This document shows positions 34,389 through 44,072 of a stretch of DNA of 64,000 bases, in pieces. The notes beneath the pieces were generated by a model. It had not been told where the DNA came from. It worked only from the letters and a program-made list of their open reading frames with translations, and searched no databases. This stretch comes from a virus (lineage: Duplodnaviria > Caudoviricetes), in IMG/VR virus record IMGVR_UViG_3300031555_002578. One strand, written 5' to 3'. The translations under genes and the position numbers were made by a program. Every line of letters starts with the position of its first letter. Within the stretch, counting starts at the first letter, position 1.

Positions 34389-37016
34389 ATAGGAGAATTT
34401 GGATTAAAAATAAAAAATATAGAAGCAAGTACATTGTATGAATATAATATTGGGATTCGTGACCACTATGATTATAAAGAAGCAATGTTTACAAATAGTT
34501 TATTTTTTGATTTTCTTATGGAAAATGGTATGACTACTTGGAAAGAAGAAAGTACAAGAGATATTATTTGTTTGGAATTTAATTTTGGCACTCGTTCTTA
34601 TGAGCAAGAAATAGAACATATTACAAAGATTGCTCACAATGCTAGAAATGAATATAAACTTGCTAAATCTTTAAAAAATAAAAACGAGATTGAGAAAAAA
34701 TATAATAAAAGAAAAAAAATTCAATCTCTTTATTTAGAAGCAAAGAAAAATAAAGATAAATATAAAAAAATTTCTAAAGAAGAAATTAGACGTATTTTTT
34801 ATAATGATGGTGTAAATGTTGAATATGTATCTCGCAAAAAAGATGGCACAATAAAGAAAGTTGAAACAATTCATTATAAAATGCTCTATCGTAGCACTGG
34901 TAAAGCAAAAAAAGGTTCTTGTATGTTTATAAGAGATAAATTATATAAAAAAGCAAAAGATTTTTTATATATGGGAATTAAACTATCTAAAAAGAATCCT
35001 ATGATTGTTGAAATTAGTGCTTATGCCCCTCTTGTTTCTTCTACAATTGTAGACAAAATTAAAATCAATCCAAGAAATATTTTAATTTTAGAAGATATTG
35101 ATAGATTTTTTACTACAGATGTTGTAAGTATTGAAACGAATGAAAATAAGGAATGTATAGCAAAACATATACAGAACTATAAATTAAAAAACACATTGTT
35201 TGATGGACAAGCATTAATAGATAGCAGTATATTCCCTTCTTGGGGGAATGGATACATTCTTTTAAGGCATCATTTTACTAAAATGGCTGCATTTTGTGCT
35301 CATATTCAAGATTTTTTTAAAGATTATTTTGGAGATAAATATGATACAGCAACAGTATTGGATATGTTTGGCAATGAACATTATGTGAAAGATATTCAAT
35401 TAATTACAACAGACAACGCAGTGAAATGGCTAAAGTTTGATAAAACATATGATTATTGGTGCAATAAAGTTGAAGAAAATGGATGTAATTTTGGTATTGT
35501 AAAAACAGCACATGAAAGTAAACTCGGCTCTGTTCAAAAAATGAGTTATCAGATGGTGAATTCGTTGGATGAATCAATTATGCAAAATGTAATGAAAGAA
35601 AGTATTCAATATGTTGAAAGATTAAAACAAGATGATGATTTCTTTTTAGAATATTTAAAGAAAAACAGTAATTTTTCAAATGATTATGAAGTATTGATTG
35701 CTTTATGCGAACAAGATAGAGATTTTTTAAGGAGTAGTTATTTTAGACATAGAAAAGAATTTATAATTAAAAATTATGTTCTAAATATGAAAACAGGCAA
35801 GATTATTCAAAATGCAGAAAATCTTGTTATTGTTGGTTCTCCATATGCTATGTTATTATATGGTGCTACTGGAAATAAAAATATTGTTGATGAAGACCCT
35901 ACTTTTAATATTGAAGAAAATACTATTCAATGTTATACAGAAAGATTTGAAGATGGGGATTATTTGGCATTTTTTAGAAGTCCTTTTAATTCAAAGAATA
36001 ATCTCACATATTTACATAATTACAAACATGAATTATTAAAAAAATATTTTGAGTTTGGAGAACAAATCGTTGCAGTTAATTTGAATGGGACAGATTTCCA
36101 AGATAGAAACAATGGTTCAGACCAAGATTCAGACAGTGGATACTGTACAAATCAACCAGATATTGTAGAACATGCAAGACAATGTTATTTAAACTATCAT
36201 ACTATTGTAAACAATATTCCAAAAGATAAAAATGTTTATGAGAACACAATGGATGATTATGCAAAAATAGATAATGCTCTCGCAGGTTCTCAAAGAGATA
36301 TTGGAGAATCTAGTAATCTTGCTCAGATGGCTCAAACATATGCATGTAATTTTTCTGACCAAAAATATATAGATTATGTTTGTATATTAAGTGTTTTGGC
36401 TCAGGTTGCTATAGACAATGCAAAACGTAGATTTGATATTGATTTGGCAGGAGAAATTCGTAGAATTAAAAAAGATTTAGATATTAAAGAAAATAAATAT
36501 CCTAGTTTCTGGAGATTAATACGCAGAGATACCAAGTTTGAAAAGATAAATTGTAATTTAAAATGTCCAATGAATTGTTTGTATGATGTTGATTTAAATA
36601 AATTTAGAAAAAATTCCTCTACATTGCCAATGGATGTATTTTTTCAAAAATTTGAATTAGAACAAAACAGAAAAACTTGTAAAAAAGTTGAAGAATTAAT
36701 TCATAAATATTCTTTAAAAACTTTTGAGTATAATACTTCTGATGATGATAATTATAGAGATGAACAATATTTATTATTAAGGAATGATTTTAATGATTTA
36801 ATTAGCAACATTCAAAGAATTTATTTGTCTAGTAATTATATTGGATTAATGTCTTGGCTTATTGATAGGGCTTTTATGATTACACCAAACATTAATAGTA
36901 ATCATAAAGTAATACAAACAAAAATACATACAAATAAAGCAATTTTATTAAAAGTTTTATATCAAGTAAATTCAACAAATTTACTAAAAATATTTGCAAA
37001 AAATGTGCAAATTTAA
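34389..37016 (+). CDS. yonO: YonO-like single-subunit (double-psi-barrel) DNA-dependent RNA polymerase, probable ATA start
   Basis: FDGQ, LRHHF.K.AAF, SYQM, FRSP and NNGSDQDSD (DxDxD) motifs; GGAGGTG SD upstream of in-frame ATA; position ahead of late genes as in SPbeta. Confidence 0.8.
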   Translation: MGEFGLKIKNIEASTLYEYNIGIRDHYDYKEAMFTNSLFFDFLMENGMTTWKEESTRDIICLEFNFGTRSYEQEIEHITKIAHNARNEYKLAKSLKNKNEIEKKYNKRKKIQSLYLEAKKNKDKYKKISKEEIRRIFYNDGVNVEYVSRKKDGTIKKVETIHYKMLYRSTGKAKKGSCMFIRDKLYKKAKDFLYMGIKLSKKNPMIVEISAYAPLVSSTIVDKIKINPRNILILEDIDRFFTTDVVSIETNENKECIAKHIQNYKLKNTLFDGQALIDSSIFPSWGNGYILLRHHFTKMAAFCAHIQDFFKDYFGDKYDTATVLDMFGNEHYVKDIQLITTDNAVKWLKFDKTYDYWCNKVEENGCNFGIVKTAHESKLGSVQKMSYQMVNSLDESIMQNVMKESIQYVERLKQDDDFFLEYLKKNSNFSNDYEVLIALCEQDRDFLRSSYFRHRKEFIIKNYVLNMKTGKIIQNAENLVIVGSPYAMLLYGATGNKNIVDEDPTFNIEENTIQCYTERFEDGDYLAFFRSPFNSKNNLTYLHNYKHELLKKYFEFGEQIVAVNLNGTDFQDRNNGSDQDSDSGYCTNQPDIVEHARQCYLNYHTIVNNIPKDKNVYENTMDDYAKIDNALAGSQRDIGESSNLAQMAQTYACNFSDQKYIDYVCILSVLAQVAIDNAKRRFDIDLAGEIRRIKKDLDIKENKYPSFWRLIRRDTKFEKINCNLKCPMNCLYDVDLNKFRKNSSTLPMDVFFQKFELEQNRKTCKKVEELIHKYSLKTFEYNTSDDDNYRDEQYLLLRNDFNDLISNIQRIYLSSNYIGLMSWLIDRAFMITPNINSNHKVIQTKIHTNKAILLKVLYQVNSTNLLKIFAKNVQI

Positions 37017-37083
37017 CAGTTTTTTGGGACACCGAATGAAATTTTAGTTTTAAAAACATTGATTTTTCAGCGTTTTTTATAAA

Positions 37084-37268
37084 TTCATTAACCAATCTAA
37101 TGAAGGAGAAAGTACATTTTGTACAAGTACCTTCTCCGCTAAGTACCAATTGCGGAATACAAATATGGACAACGTTGTAAAATTCTAGTGCCTTGCCAGT
37201 CGGCTAATAGACTGGCTAAATTAAGACTGATTAAGACCTATGATTAATTTCATAGGTCTTTTTATTTT
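37084..37268 (+). ncRNA. putative structured RNA downstream of RNAP gene, ending in a terminator
   Basis: Hairpins 37084-37104, 37105-37137, 37136-37155, 37195-37216; terminator 37233-37268. Confidence 0.5.
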
Positions 37269-37281
37269 GAGGGAATTGTTT

Positions 37282-38715
37282 ATGAGTAAAAAAGACGATA
37301 AAGCAATAATTAAAGTTATCGGAGGTAACGCAGAAGCAGTTACAGGCTCTTGTTCTATCATTGAATATAAGGGTGAAACATACTTATTTGAATGTGGTAT
37401 GTATCAGGGTAAAACAGTATCAGATACATACAAAGAAAACAAGAAACTTTTAAGTCAAATTAAACCACAGAAAGTTGATGTAATTATAATTGGACATAAT
37501 CATTCTGACCATGTTTTAAATATTCCTGCACTTTATGCTACAGGAAAATGTCATGCAAGAATTATTGTTCCATATAAATCAACTGCAATTTTAAAAGAAA
37601 TGTGGCTAGATGGTGCATTTATAAATGATAGAGATTCAAAAGTTTTATCTGCAAAAGCAGAAAAATTTATCCCTCCCCTATTTACTGAAAAAGATGTATA
37701 TGAAGCATTGAATTATATAGAAGAATATACTTCTAATGAAATTCACAGAATTACAGATTGGTTGTCAATTAAGTATACTCATGCAGGTCATATTTTTCTT
37801 TCTCAACAGACGGAAGTTATATTAAAAGATACAGTAAATAAAACTATCTTATTTACTTCTGATATAGGTAATTTAACTACTCAAAATGAGCGTGTATTTG
37901 TAGAGCCTTTTGAGCCAATTAAGAAAGCAAATATTGTAATTGGTGAATGTACTTATTCTGCAAAAGGTAGAAGTACAACCAGAAAAGATTTTGATACAGA
38001 TATTCAAAAAATTAAGAGTGTAATTACACAATATTGTATTGATAGTAGACATAGAGTGGTATGCCCCACTTTTAGTTTAGATAGACTACCATTCATGATG
38101 TGGTTAATTTATTCTATTTTCAAAGATGATGATAGTTTTAATGTACCAATAATTATTGATAGTCCTTTAGCAATTAGATTACTATATTGTTATTCTGATT
38201 TATTAGAAGGAAAAGCAAAAGAAAAATTTGATGAAATGGTACATTGGGATAACTTTGAATTTATTTATAACCCAGAAGATAGTAAAGATGCTGTTGCAGA
38301 TAAAAGAGCAAAAGTTGTACTTTCATCAAGTGGTATGTTAACAGCAGGTCGTAGCGTTAAATGGGTGCAAAGTATATTGCCAAATGAAAATGATTGCATT
38401 TTATTTTGTGGATATAGTACAGAAGGTTCTTTAGCAGATAAAATCAAAAATGGTAATGCTCAAAAAACAATTAACATTAATGGTAAACCATATAAAAATA
38501 AAGCAAATATTATTAGTTTAAATTCTTTTTCAGGTCATATGAACAGAAATGATATGCTTGAATATTATTCTTCAATTAATACAGAAAAGATTTATTTAGT
38601 TCATTCAGACCAACATAAAATTGAATTTAAAGAAGATTTGCAAAATTTAATACATGAAAAATTAAAGACTACAAAAGTTGTGGCAGTTAATAAAGGCACA
38701 AAAATTGTGTTATAA
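37282..38715 (+). CDS. MBL-fold beta-CASP ribonuclease
   Basis: VTGSC, HNHSDH, HAGH, FTSD, ECTY, SGH motifs. Confidence 0.9.
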   Translation: MSKKDDKAIIKVIGGNAEAVTGSCSIIEYKGETYLFECGMYQGKTVSDTYKENKKLLSQIKPQKVDVIIIGHNHSDHVLNIPALYATGKCHARIIVPYKSTAILKEMWLDGAFINDRDSKVLSAKAEKFIPPLFTEKDVYEALNYIEEYTSNEIHRITDWLSIKYTHAGHIFLSQQTEVILKDTVNKTILFTSDIGNLTTQNERVFVEPFEPIKKANIVIGECTYSAKGRSTTRKDFDTDIQKIKSVITQYCIDSRHRVVCPTFSLDRLPFMMWLIYSIFKDDDSFNVPIIIDSPLAIRLLYCYSDLLEGKAKEKFDEMVHWDNFEFIYNPEDSKDAVADKRAKVVLSSSGMLTAGRSVKWVQSILPNENDCILFCGYSTEGSLADKIKNGNAQKTININGKPYKNKANIISLNSFSGHMNRNDMLEYYSSINTEKIYLVHSDQHKIEFKEDLQNLIHEKLKTTKVVAVNKGTKIVL

Positions 38716-38749
38716 AAGTTTAAGGAGAAAGGTTAAATACGGTTATTAT

Positions 38750-39370
38750 ATGGAAAGTATTCTACTACCTATTATTGAAGGTATTGGAAGTAAAGATGTT
38801 TTAACACCAGAAGAATATACATATTGGATGGCTAGACAGAATAGAACCTTTTATATTGATTTTGAAGTTGATGAGATGTATCAACTTATGGAATTAGGTA
38901 AAGTAATTATTCAAATCAATATGTCTGAAATTAATATTCCAAAAGAAGAATTGAAACCAATTTATCTATTTATTCATAGTTATGGTGGAGATATTGAACA
39001 AGCAAATTTCTTTTGTGATTTAGTAAGAAGTAGCAGAGTACCTATTGTAACAATTGGTATGGGTGTTGCTATGTCAGCAGGTTTCTTGATTTTTATTTCT
39101 GGACATAGAAGATATGCTTTTAAACACTGTCAAATGCTTGTGCATCAAGGTAGTGCAGGTTTTGCAGGTACAGCACAAGAAATTGAAGAAGCACAGAAAA
39201 ATTATAAAAAACAAATCAATGAAATGAAAGAGTATATTCTTGAAAGAACAGAAATTGACGAAAAGACATTTAATAAAAATAAAAATAAAGATTGGTATTT
39301 AACAAGTAAAGAACTTGTTGAATATAAAATTGTCGATGCTTTAATTGATAATTTTGAAGACATTATTTAA
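38750..39370 (+). CDS. ClpP-like serine protease
   Basis: IHSYGG, GVAMSAG (Ser), LVHQ (His), KDWYL (Asp). Confidence 0.85.
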   Translation: MESILLPIIEGIGSKDVLTPEEYTYWMARQNRTFYIDFEVDEMYQLMELGKVIIQINMSEINIPKEELKPIYLFIHSYGGDIEQANFFCDLVRSSRVPIVTIGMGVAMSAGFLIFISGHRRYAFKHCQMLVHQGSAGFAGTAQEIEEAQKNYKKQINEMKEYILERTEIDEKTFNKNKNKDWYLTSKELVEYKIVDALIDNFEDII

Positions 39371-39392
39371 GTTTAAAGAGAGGTAAATAAAA

Positions 39393-39617
39393 ATGGCAAA
39401 ACAAGGTGTTAAATATACTGAAACAACTGGTAAAAATTTAAAAGCAGTAGGTATTCTTGATGCAGATAAAAATGCAATTCTGGTTGATGGTGAAGTTGTA
39501 AATATTTCTGCACTACTTTCTGAATTTGATGGTTTTGAAATTAGTTTTTCTCTATCTATGAAAACAGAAATTGAATTAGATACTCCAGAAGTTGAAGATG
39601 AAGATGAAGAAGTCTAA
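39393..39617 (+). CDS. YonK-like protein
   Basis: LKAVGILD...LLSEFDG.EISFS pattern; synteny with SPbeta yonK-yonJ. Confidence 0.6.
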   Translation: MAKQGVKYTETTGKNLKAVGILDADKNAILVDGEVVNISALLSEFDGFEISFSLSMKTEIELDTPEVEDEDEEV

Positions 39618-39630
39618 GGTGAATTAATAT

Positions 39631-40809
39631 ATGTCTACATATAAACGATTTGAAAATGAAACTGATGAAGAATTAATCTTTCGTATTACTGGAGATAAAG
39701 ATAAAATTGGTTCTTGGCAAGATGTAGCAGATATTTTAAATGAATTATTAGGAACAAATTATAATGCTAGTACATTCAGAAAAAAACGACAATATTTTGA
39801 TACAATGATGAATGCAAATGAACATATTATTTTGCAAGACAAGAATTATATTGAAGAACTAAAGAGAGAGCGTCAAGAATTATATAAAGAACGTCAAAAA
39901 TTATCAGATGAAAGAACTGAATTAAACAGATTATTGCGTAGAGAAGCAAGAAAAGAATCTTATCTTGAAATGGTTCAAAGAGTAATTTCAGAAGATACTA
40001 TTCCTATTAAGTTTGATATAGAATATAAACATATTGATTCTGATAATAGTCTATTGGTTCATTTAACTGATATTCATGCAGGTATTTATATTGATAATTT
40101 TAAAAATATTTTTGATGAACATGTTTTAAAACAGCGTATTGAAAAATATACAAATGAAATTATTGACATTCAAAAAAGACATCGTTCTAAAGATGCATAT
40201 GTGGTTGTTGGAGAAATTTTATCTGGATTAATTCATAATAATTTAAGATTACAAAACAACATGGATTTAATTGAACAATTTAAACTTTCTTCAGAATTAA
40301 TTGCTTCTATGTTGATTTCTTTAGGTGAAAATTTTGAAAATGTTTATATGTATACAACTATGGGAAACCATAGTAGAATTTCACCTAAAAAAGAAGATGC
40401 ATTAGATGGTGAAAATATGGATATTTTACTTCCATATTATTTAAAAGCAAGATTACAGAATATTGATAATATCCATATTGAAGATAATGATTTTATGCCT
40501 GATGTTGCTGTATTTAGAGTACATGGGAAATTAATTATGGCTTCACATGGACATAAAGATAGCCCTTCTAATGTAGTTCAAAACTTTACTCTATTATATC
40601 GTAAATGTCCTGATATTATATTACTTGGACATAGACATACGAATGGTTTAACAACAGTGTTTGATACAAAAGTTATTGAATCAGGATGTGTTTCTGGTGC
40701 TGACCAATATGCTTTAGATATTAGAAAAGCAACTCACCCAGAACAGACTGTTTCTGTAATAAATAATAATGGTCTTGTTTGTATTTATGATATACAACTA
40801 GATAATTAA
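39631..40809 (+). CDS. calcineurin-like metallophosphoesterase (YonJ-like)
   Basis: TDIH, GNH, HGH, GHRH motifs after a coiled coil. Confidence 0.85.
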   Translation: MSTYKRFENETDEELIFRITGDKDKIGSWQDVADILNELLGTNYNASTFRKKRQYFDTMMNANEHIILQDKNYIEELKRERQELYKERQKLSDERTELNRLLRREARKESYLEMVQRVISEDTIPIKFDIEYKHIDSDNSLLVHLTDIHAGIYIDNFKNIFDEHVLKQRIEKYTNEIIDIQKRHRSKDAYVVVGEILSGLIHNNLRLQNNMDLIEQFKLSSELIASMLISLGENFENVYMYTTMGNHSRISPKKEDALDGENMDILLPYYLKARLQNIDNIHIEDNDFMPDVAVFRVHGKLIMASHGHKDSPSNVVQNFTLLYRKCPDIILLGHRHTNGLTTVFDTKVIESGCVSGADQYALDIRKATHPEQTVSVINNNGLVCIYDIQLDN

Positions 40810-40810
40810 T

Positions 40811-40838
40811 GGGACGATATTATATCGTTCTTTTTTAA
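40811..40838 (+). terminator. intrinsic terminator
   Basis: GGGACGATA-TTA-TATCGTTC + T run. Confidence 0.6.
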
Positions 40839-40878
40839 TTGTAAACGAAAAATTAGTTGATAAAAGGAGAAAATAAAT

Positions 40879-41163
40879 ATGCTAAATAAAGATAATTTTA
40901 CAAGAAAATTTGCTTCTGAAACAGGTAGAACTATTACAGAATCTAAACAAATCGTAGAAGATTTTATTGCTACAATCACTAAATCAGTAGTTGAAGATGG
41001 TGGTGTTGATTTTTATGGTTTCATGAAAATTGAAAGAGTAACACAACCTGCAAGAGAACGTGTAAATCCTGCAACTGGTGATAAAATTATGTGTGAAGAA
41101 AAAGAAATTCCTAAAGCAAAATTTTCTAGCAGATTTAAAAAGGTTGTAAATGGTGAAGCCTGA
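40879..41163 (+). CDS. HU-family DNA-binding protein
   Basis: VDFYGF..ERV..PARERVNPATG...PKAKFS. Confidence 0.9.
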   Translation: MLNKDNFTRKFASETGRTITESKQIVEDFIATITKSVVEDGGVDFYGFMKIERVTQPARERVNPATGDKIMCEEKEIPKAKFSSRFKKVVNGEA

Positions 41164-41180
41164 TTAGGAGGTTTCTATAT

Positions 41181-41753
41181 ATGGAAATCAAAAAATATAA
41201 CGACTATTCAGAATTTGTAAAATCTGTAATGGATAACATGGAAAGTGTAAGACAAAACATTACTATTGTTGCTTTCTATGAAGATGCATCTGCAATTTTA
41301 AAACATATTGCAAAATATGAAAAATCAATTCTATATTCTATTGATATTCATGATTATATGTGGGAAAACTATGATTCTGAATATTATATTACACTTTCTA
41401 AAGACGATGAAGGTGATTATCTGATTTATTGTGAAAAGGCTTACGATGATAAAAAAGATGTGTACCTATATGGAGAATCTAATATTGTATATATTGCAGA
41501 AGATTGTAGTGCTAAAGTATTGAAAAGACTATATTCTGATATTTATTATGAAGTAAGATTCTTTGATGATGAAGAAGATGATTTTGACAAAATGGTAAAA
41601 ACTATGATGAATGTAGATGAAATTGAAATGGATGAAGACATGAAAGGTTTTACTGTTTCTCGTTCTGATGATTATGGTTTTTCTACTTTTAGTTTTCACT
41701 CTACAGACGAAGATTTGGTTAAAAGAGTTTTAAAAGATTATAAGAAATTTTGA
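41181..41753 (+). CDS. hypothetical acidic protein
   Basis: AGGAGG SD. Confidence 0.8.
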   Translation: MEIKKYNDYSEFVKSVMDNMESVRQNITIVAFYEDASAILKHIAKYEKSILYSIDIHDYMWENYDSEYYITLSKDDEGDYLIYCEKAYDDKKDVYLYGESNIVYIAEDCSAKVLKRLYSDIYYEVRFFDDEEDDFDKMVKTMMNVDEIEMDEDMKGFTVSRSDDYGFSTFSFHSTDEDLVKRVLKDYKKF

Positions 41754-41839
41754 TTTGTGGATTTGATACCATAGAAATGAATTTCTTCATATTGAAAGTG
41801 CTGAGAATGTTGGAACTTCTCAGTGCTTTCTTTTATTGA

Positions 41840-41913
41840 CGCAGGTTATGGAAGTGGTCTATCCGCTGGGGTTCATACCTCCAGAATCGCAGGTTCAAAT
41901 CCTGCACCTGCAA
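41840..41913 (+). tRNA. tRNA-Met (CAT), initiator type
   Basis: Full cloverleaf; C1xA72 mismatch, G2-C71, C3-G70, G11-C24, anticodon loop TTCATAC, TTCAAAT T-loop; CCA not encoded. Confidence 0.9.
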
Positions 41914-41915
41914 TT

Positions 41916-41976
41916 TAACCACTATAGGGCTTATCACCACCACCCACCACCCACCATTAAGTTCTATAGTTGGTTA
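41916..41976 (+). ncRNA. long hairpin with 24-nt CCA-repeat loop
   Basis: Stem TAACCACTATAGGGCTTA/TAAGTTCTATAGTTGGTTA; loop TCACCACCACCCACCACCCACCAT. Confidence 0.5.
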
Positions 41977-41980
41977 TTAT

Positions 41981-42052
41981 AGGCGGTTAGTTTAATTGGT
42001 AAAACGTCAGTCTCCAAAACTGAAGTACAGTGTTCAAATCACTGCCCACCTG
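41981..42052 (+). tRNA. tRNA-Trp (CCA)
   Basis: Anticodon arm TCAGT-CTCCAAA-ACTGA; T arm CAGTG-TTCAAAT-CACTG; two acceptor-stem mismatches. Confidence 0.8.
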
Positions 42053-42256
42053 TTAGAGAAGCAAAACTCATAGAAAAGCAATTTGGGACTATTTTCCCCA
42101 TGCTATATGCAATTTTATAATTTATACTGTACATTGAAAATTTAATAATGAGAGATGAAACGAAAAATCATGACAGGGTAAGTTCCTGTATAAGTTTCTT
42201 CTAAAAGTTTAAGACCTTTGGAAATCAAAGGTCTTTTTATTTTTAGGAGTGATATT

Positions 42257-42850
42257 ATGGATAAAAGATTAGATTGGATATTAAAATATAATAAAGAAAA
42301 TAATAATGAATATGGTGATTTTGTTTTTTCTGGAAAATATTTAGCCGTATATAGACCCAACCATCATAGAGCAAGAAAAGATGGATATGTTTATATTCAT
42401 CAATTACAGGCTGAGAAAATGTTGGGAAGAAAATTAAATAAAAAAGAATGCGTTCATCATAAAGATTATGATAAATTTAATAATGATATTAATAATCTTA
42501 TGGTATTTAAAACTATTGCAGACCATACCGCATTTCATAATGGAAGTGAAATTTATATTGATGGAGATGTTTGGGTTGCCAAAATACAAAAAAGTTATAT
42601 TTGTCCAATTTGTAAAATAAATACTAAAACAGATTATGCAAATATGTGTGTTGAGTGCTATCACAAAAACAAATCATCTCATCTTCCATCTAAAGAAATA
42701 TTAATGGAATTAATTTTAAATTATCCTATGACAACAATAGGAAAAATGTATAATGTTAGTGATAATTCAATAAGAAAATGGTGTAAAAAATATAATTTAC
42801 CATATTTAAAAAAAGATATTGATAAATTAAAAATAGAATTACATAATTAA
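42257..42850 (+). CDS. HNH homing-type endonuclease with C-terminal HTH
   Basis: GYVYIH, VHHKD.DKFNN.INNL, CPIC/CVEC, VSDNSIRKWCK; AGGAG SD. Confidence 0.85.
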   Translation: MDKRLDWILKYNKENNNEYGDFVFSGKYLAVYRPNHHRARKDGYVYIHQLQAEKMLGRKLNKKECVHHKDYDKFNNDINNLMVFKTIADHTAFHNGSEIYIDGDVWVAKIQKSYICPICKINTKTDYANMCVECYHKNKSSHLPSKEILMELILNYPMTTIGKMYNVSDNSIRKWCKKYNLPYLKKDIDKLKIELHN

Positions 42851-42887
42851 TGTTTTTATTATTTTTATTATAATTTTTTAAGAATAG

Positions 42888-42912
42888 AACTTTACATATT
42901 TAATGTAAAGTT
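42888..42912. repeat. perfect palindrome upstream of recombinase
   Basis: AACTTTACAT-ATTTA-ATGTAAAGTT. Confidence 0.7.
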
Positions 42913-43031
42913 ATTATATAGTCTAAGGTGTGATTCTTGTTTCTGAAAGTCTATCAGAACAATTTAGGATTACACCTATTTTTTTGTTTTTTATTGTTAA
43001 ATATATAACAATATTGAAAGGAATGAATATT

Positions 43032-44072
43032 ATGGCTAAAGGAAGGACAACTGTTTATAATAACATTACCTCTCCTGAAAGACTTGCCTTAGTAAATCCT
43101 GAAAATATTCAATTAGGAAAAGATTTTTTAGAATATCTTGCAAGTATCGATAGAAGTAAAACTACTATTTCTGCATATGCAAGTGATTTAGATATTTTTT
43201 GGGTTTGGTGTTTGCAATATAATAATAATAAATTTTTTGTAAATTTAACAAAAAGAGATATTGTTAAATTTCAAAATCATTGTTTGAATCAGTATGGATG
43301 GAGTTCTGCTAGAATTCGCAGAGTAAAATCTGTACTTTCTTCATTATCAACTTATGTAGAAAATATGTTAGATGATGAATTTGAGGATTATAGACCAATT
43401 ATTAGAAAAGTTGAAAATCCTCCAATGAATGCTGTTCGTGAGAAAACAGTTTTAACAGAAGAACAATTGAAAAAATTACTAGATGAATTAGTGGAAAGAG
43501 AACAATATGATAAAGCGTGTATTCTTGCCTGTTGTATGAATAATGGAAGAAGAAAAGCGGAATTGCCAAGATTAAAAGTGTCTTATTTTACTGAAGATAA
43601 TGTAATTTATGGTTCTTTATATAAAAGTCCTGAAACAGTGCAAACAAAAGGCAGAGGTTCTAAAGGGAAACAATTAACAATTTATACTTTAAAAAGTGGA
43701 TTTAAACCTTATTTGGATTTGTGGTTAAAATATAGAGAAGAAAATGGAATCACTTCTGAATGGCTTGTACCTAAAAAAGAAGATGGTGTTTACATAGATG
43801 AACAAATGTCTGTAACAACATTAGATAGTTGGGCAGAAACATTTAGTAAAATTCTTGGTGTTCCATTTTATTGGCACAGCATGAGACATTATTTTACAAC
43901 TGCATGTTCCAGAAGCGGATTACCAGATGATGTAATTAAAAATCTTGTTGGTTGGGAAAGCAATGACATGGTTTCTCTGTATAAAGATATTGATGCAGAT
44001 GAAATGTTTGCACAATATTTTGATGAAAATGGAATAAAAGAGATTGAACAAAAATCTCTTTCTGATTTATGA
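43032..44072 (+). CDS. tyrosine recombinase (XerC/D-like)
   Basis: N-terminal SAM-like domain; GRRKAEL (R), TKG (K), HSMRH (HxxR), VGW, SLY (Y). Confidence 0.9.
   Translation: MAKGRTTVYNNITSPERLALVNPENIQLGKDFLEYLASIDRSKTTISAYASDLDIFWVWCLQYNNNKFFVNLTKRDIVKFQNHCLNQYGWSSARIRRVKSVLSSLSTYVENMLDDEFEDYRPIIRKVENPPMNAVREKTVLTEEQLKKLLDELVEREQYDKACILACCMNNGRRKAELPRLKVSYFTEDNVIYGSLYKSPETVQTKGRGSKGKQLTIYTLKSGFKPYLDLWLKYREENGITSEWLVPKKEDGVYIDEQMSVTTLDSWAETFSKILGVPFYWHSMRHYFTTACSRSGLPDDVIKNLVGWESNDMVSLYKDIDADEMFAQYFDENGIKEIEQKSLSDL

Noticed and set aside
34389-37016. Interpretation as a eukaryote-type RNA-dependent RNA polymerase
   Set aside because: Same superfamily motifs, but dsDNA phage context and SPbeta synteny favour a DNA-dependent YonO-type enzyme
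42145-42205. Third tRNA or tRNA remnant (ACAGG-GTAAGTT-CCTGT arm)
   Set aside because: No TTC T-loop, D arm or anticodon arm; only a short hairpin
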